Shown here: positions 22,012 through 23,620 of the stretch, in pieces | How positions within the stretch are numbered: the stretch's first letter is position 1 | Layout of the letters: the number at the start of each line of letters is the position of its first letter | Assembly (NCBI GenBank): GCA_001179505.1 | Contig: CDMY01000757.1 | Span: 1-23,620, forward strand | From: Vitrella brassicaformis CCMP3155 | Lineage: Eukaryota; Protista; Chromerida | Length of the DNA: 23,620 nucleotides | Direction of reading: 5' to 3' | The notes under the pieces: generated by a model | What the model was told of the DNA's origin: nothing | Seen by the model: the letters and a program-made list of their open reading frames with translations, nothing else | The model's database searches: none | Program-made: the position numbers and the translations under genes

Positions 22012-22016
22012 TGCAA

Positions 22017-23620
22017 TCAACGAGGGTGGAAAGGCCCCCGCTCTAGCAACAGCCCCTCAGCAAAAACCGCCCTCTCCTGCCCATTCCACCTGCTTCCCCG
22101 CCACGCCCTGCTCCGCACCATGTGTGCGTTACCCTTCTGCAGCAGCACACTAAGTCGAGCCCACCACCTCTCCACTGCTGTCTCGCGGAAAAACTCCACG
22201 TCGCCCTCCTCCATATGGACAGATGGCCGCATGTGCCGGGCCATACGGTTGAGAAGAGCAGCCGCCTCATCCCCCCACCGTCCGTAGCTCTCCGCCGACA
22301 GTGGGATGATGGTGAAGTTGCTTGCTCTCGCCTCTGTGCCGTATTTGCTGTGCTTCCTGTCGGCCGCGTTGCGCAGCGCTTTGCCGTCCTCTGCTCCGTT
22401 CTGCCTGTTGGTAGCCGCGTGGTATCTGTTGGTGAAGGGGTCGGGGCGTGTGGGGTGGGCGATGGTGACGTCGCCGAGCATGCCTTTTTCCTCCTCCACC
22501 CAGTAAAGGTCGATCCGTTTGCCGTCTGAATCGGTGGTGGTCGGGTACACGCCCAGACGCGCCAGGTTGACCTCTCGGTCGACGGCGATCCGGACGCTCC
22601 TGATGATGCGTCGCCACTCCTTGCACAGCAGGTCGTGCCGCCAGATGCGCTCGTTGCCTGTGCCGCAGCAGAGGAGGTGGTCGCCATAGGGGTCCAGCTG
22701 AGTGCCGCACGAGCAGAAGTCCGATGCGAGTGAAGGGTGTTGAACGGCGGGGGACATGAAGGGAAAACCGATAAGGTTTCCTGGGACACGCTATCAACCC
22801 CTCCCGGTCGGTCGGTTTTTATCTGTCCTCCCCCCTCTCTCCGAAAACCTGTCGCTTTCGGTGCTCTCATTAGGTAGGACCTGAAAGGATTTACTTGGGA
22901 AACAGATAGAAAAGAGAGAAAAACCGACCGAACACAGGTTTTTTCTTGTGTGTGTCTCCTATTTTCAGTCAAGAGACGCCATTTATGGTTACTGCGTGGC
23001 GGAAAGGCGAATTCTTCTTCTAATCCAGCCAGCAGGTAGCCTGAAACAGTCAAAAGAAACACATCATTCAACCAATCGGTGTCGGTTCCGGTGGACGGAT
23101 TAGGTAGGAAACAGGAAAATCTCATAAATGCCCTGTCGGTTTTCGGTGCTATCGTTCCATAGGACCAGCTGAAGATCCACAAAATCGGCCCAAATCGGTC
23201 GGTTGGTTGGATAGGACATTTCACTCTATGTCCCCCGCCGTGGTGTTGGGTGGCGCCGATCCTCAGACGGCAGCAGGTGACGAAATCCTCGTTGGTGAAG
23301 CGCAGGCTCGGATGCGCCGGGACCGTCGTCAGCCAGCCGCTAGCTTCTGGGCCTCGACAGCTCCTCAGCCGTGCGCGGTCTCTTGACTCCTCGCCGAACT
23401 CGTCCAGCAGGGAGTCTGCTTCGATGCGCATCAGGCTGGCCGTCAGGTCGTGTTGTAGCCGTGGCTTTGTGCGTCCCTCGAGCAGCTTGGCCAGTGTGGG
23501 CACCTCCGTCTCTGGCAGCTTCTCCAGTAGCTTCTCTCTTGCCGACTCCACTGCCCGTAGCCATGGCAGCTGCAGTAGTGCTGCCGCTCCGTCCTCCCCT
23601 CCCTCCCCCCTCCCTCCCCC
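22017..23620 (-). mobile_element. 3' portion of a CRE-clade-like non-LTR retrotransposon ORF (post-RT region, Zn knuckle, restriction-like endonuclease)
   Basis: ARLRSCRGPEASGWLTTVP...FTNEDFVTCCRLRIG, CSCGTQLDPYGDHLLCC, RHD, RIDL, GDVTIAHP, KHSKY, PLSAESYGRWG. The frame is open to the window end; the RT domain lies outside the window. Confidence 0.88.
22744..23241. mobile_element. 498-bp non-autonomous TIR element (MITE; 8-bp TSD is compatible with hAT-like mobilisation)
   Basis: 14-bp perfect TIR ACGGCGGGGGACAT / ATGTCCCCCGCCGT; flanks GGTGTTGA (22736-22743) and GGTGTTGG (23242-23249). Removing the element plus one TSD restores RLRIGATQH-PSLASDFCSC. Internal repeats: CCTGTCG(C/G)TTT(T)CGGTGCT x2, ATTAGGTAGGA x2, and CGGTCGGTTTTT / AAAAACCGACCG. 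Confidence 0.93.

Noticed and set aside
22043-23551. 502-aa ORF as an intact protein
   Set aside because: It is a chimera of retrotransposon frame, MITE read-through and out-of-frame tail.

Overview
Eukaryotic, GC-rich, gene-dense window with many short GT-AG introns, so the six-frame ORF track is largely misleading and genes had to be rebuilt by hand from splice signals. The gene style resembles a chromerid alveolate such as Vitrella (inference only). In order: a minus-strand low-complexity repeat protein; a multi-pass membrane protein; an intron-rich family-3 solute-binding-protein (PBPb/iGluR-LBD-like) gene with a probable frameshift; a 300-N gap; a small 4-exon orphan gene; a secreted CHRD-domain gene head-to-head with a membrane LCCL-domain gene; guanylate kinase head-to-head with DGAT2; a region of interleaved inverted repeats; a Crinkler/CR-type NTPase plus PD-(D/E)xK nuclease gene with disablements; a second frameshifted PD-(D/E)xK gene; and the 3' part of a CRE-like RLE non-LTR retrotransposon interrupted by a 498-bp TIR element. 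The most striking observation is one 85-bp spliceosomal intron present twice (82/85 identical) in two apparently unrelated genes on opposite strands, with identity ending within a few bases of the splice sites. This is an Introner-like (mobile intron) signature.
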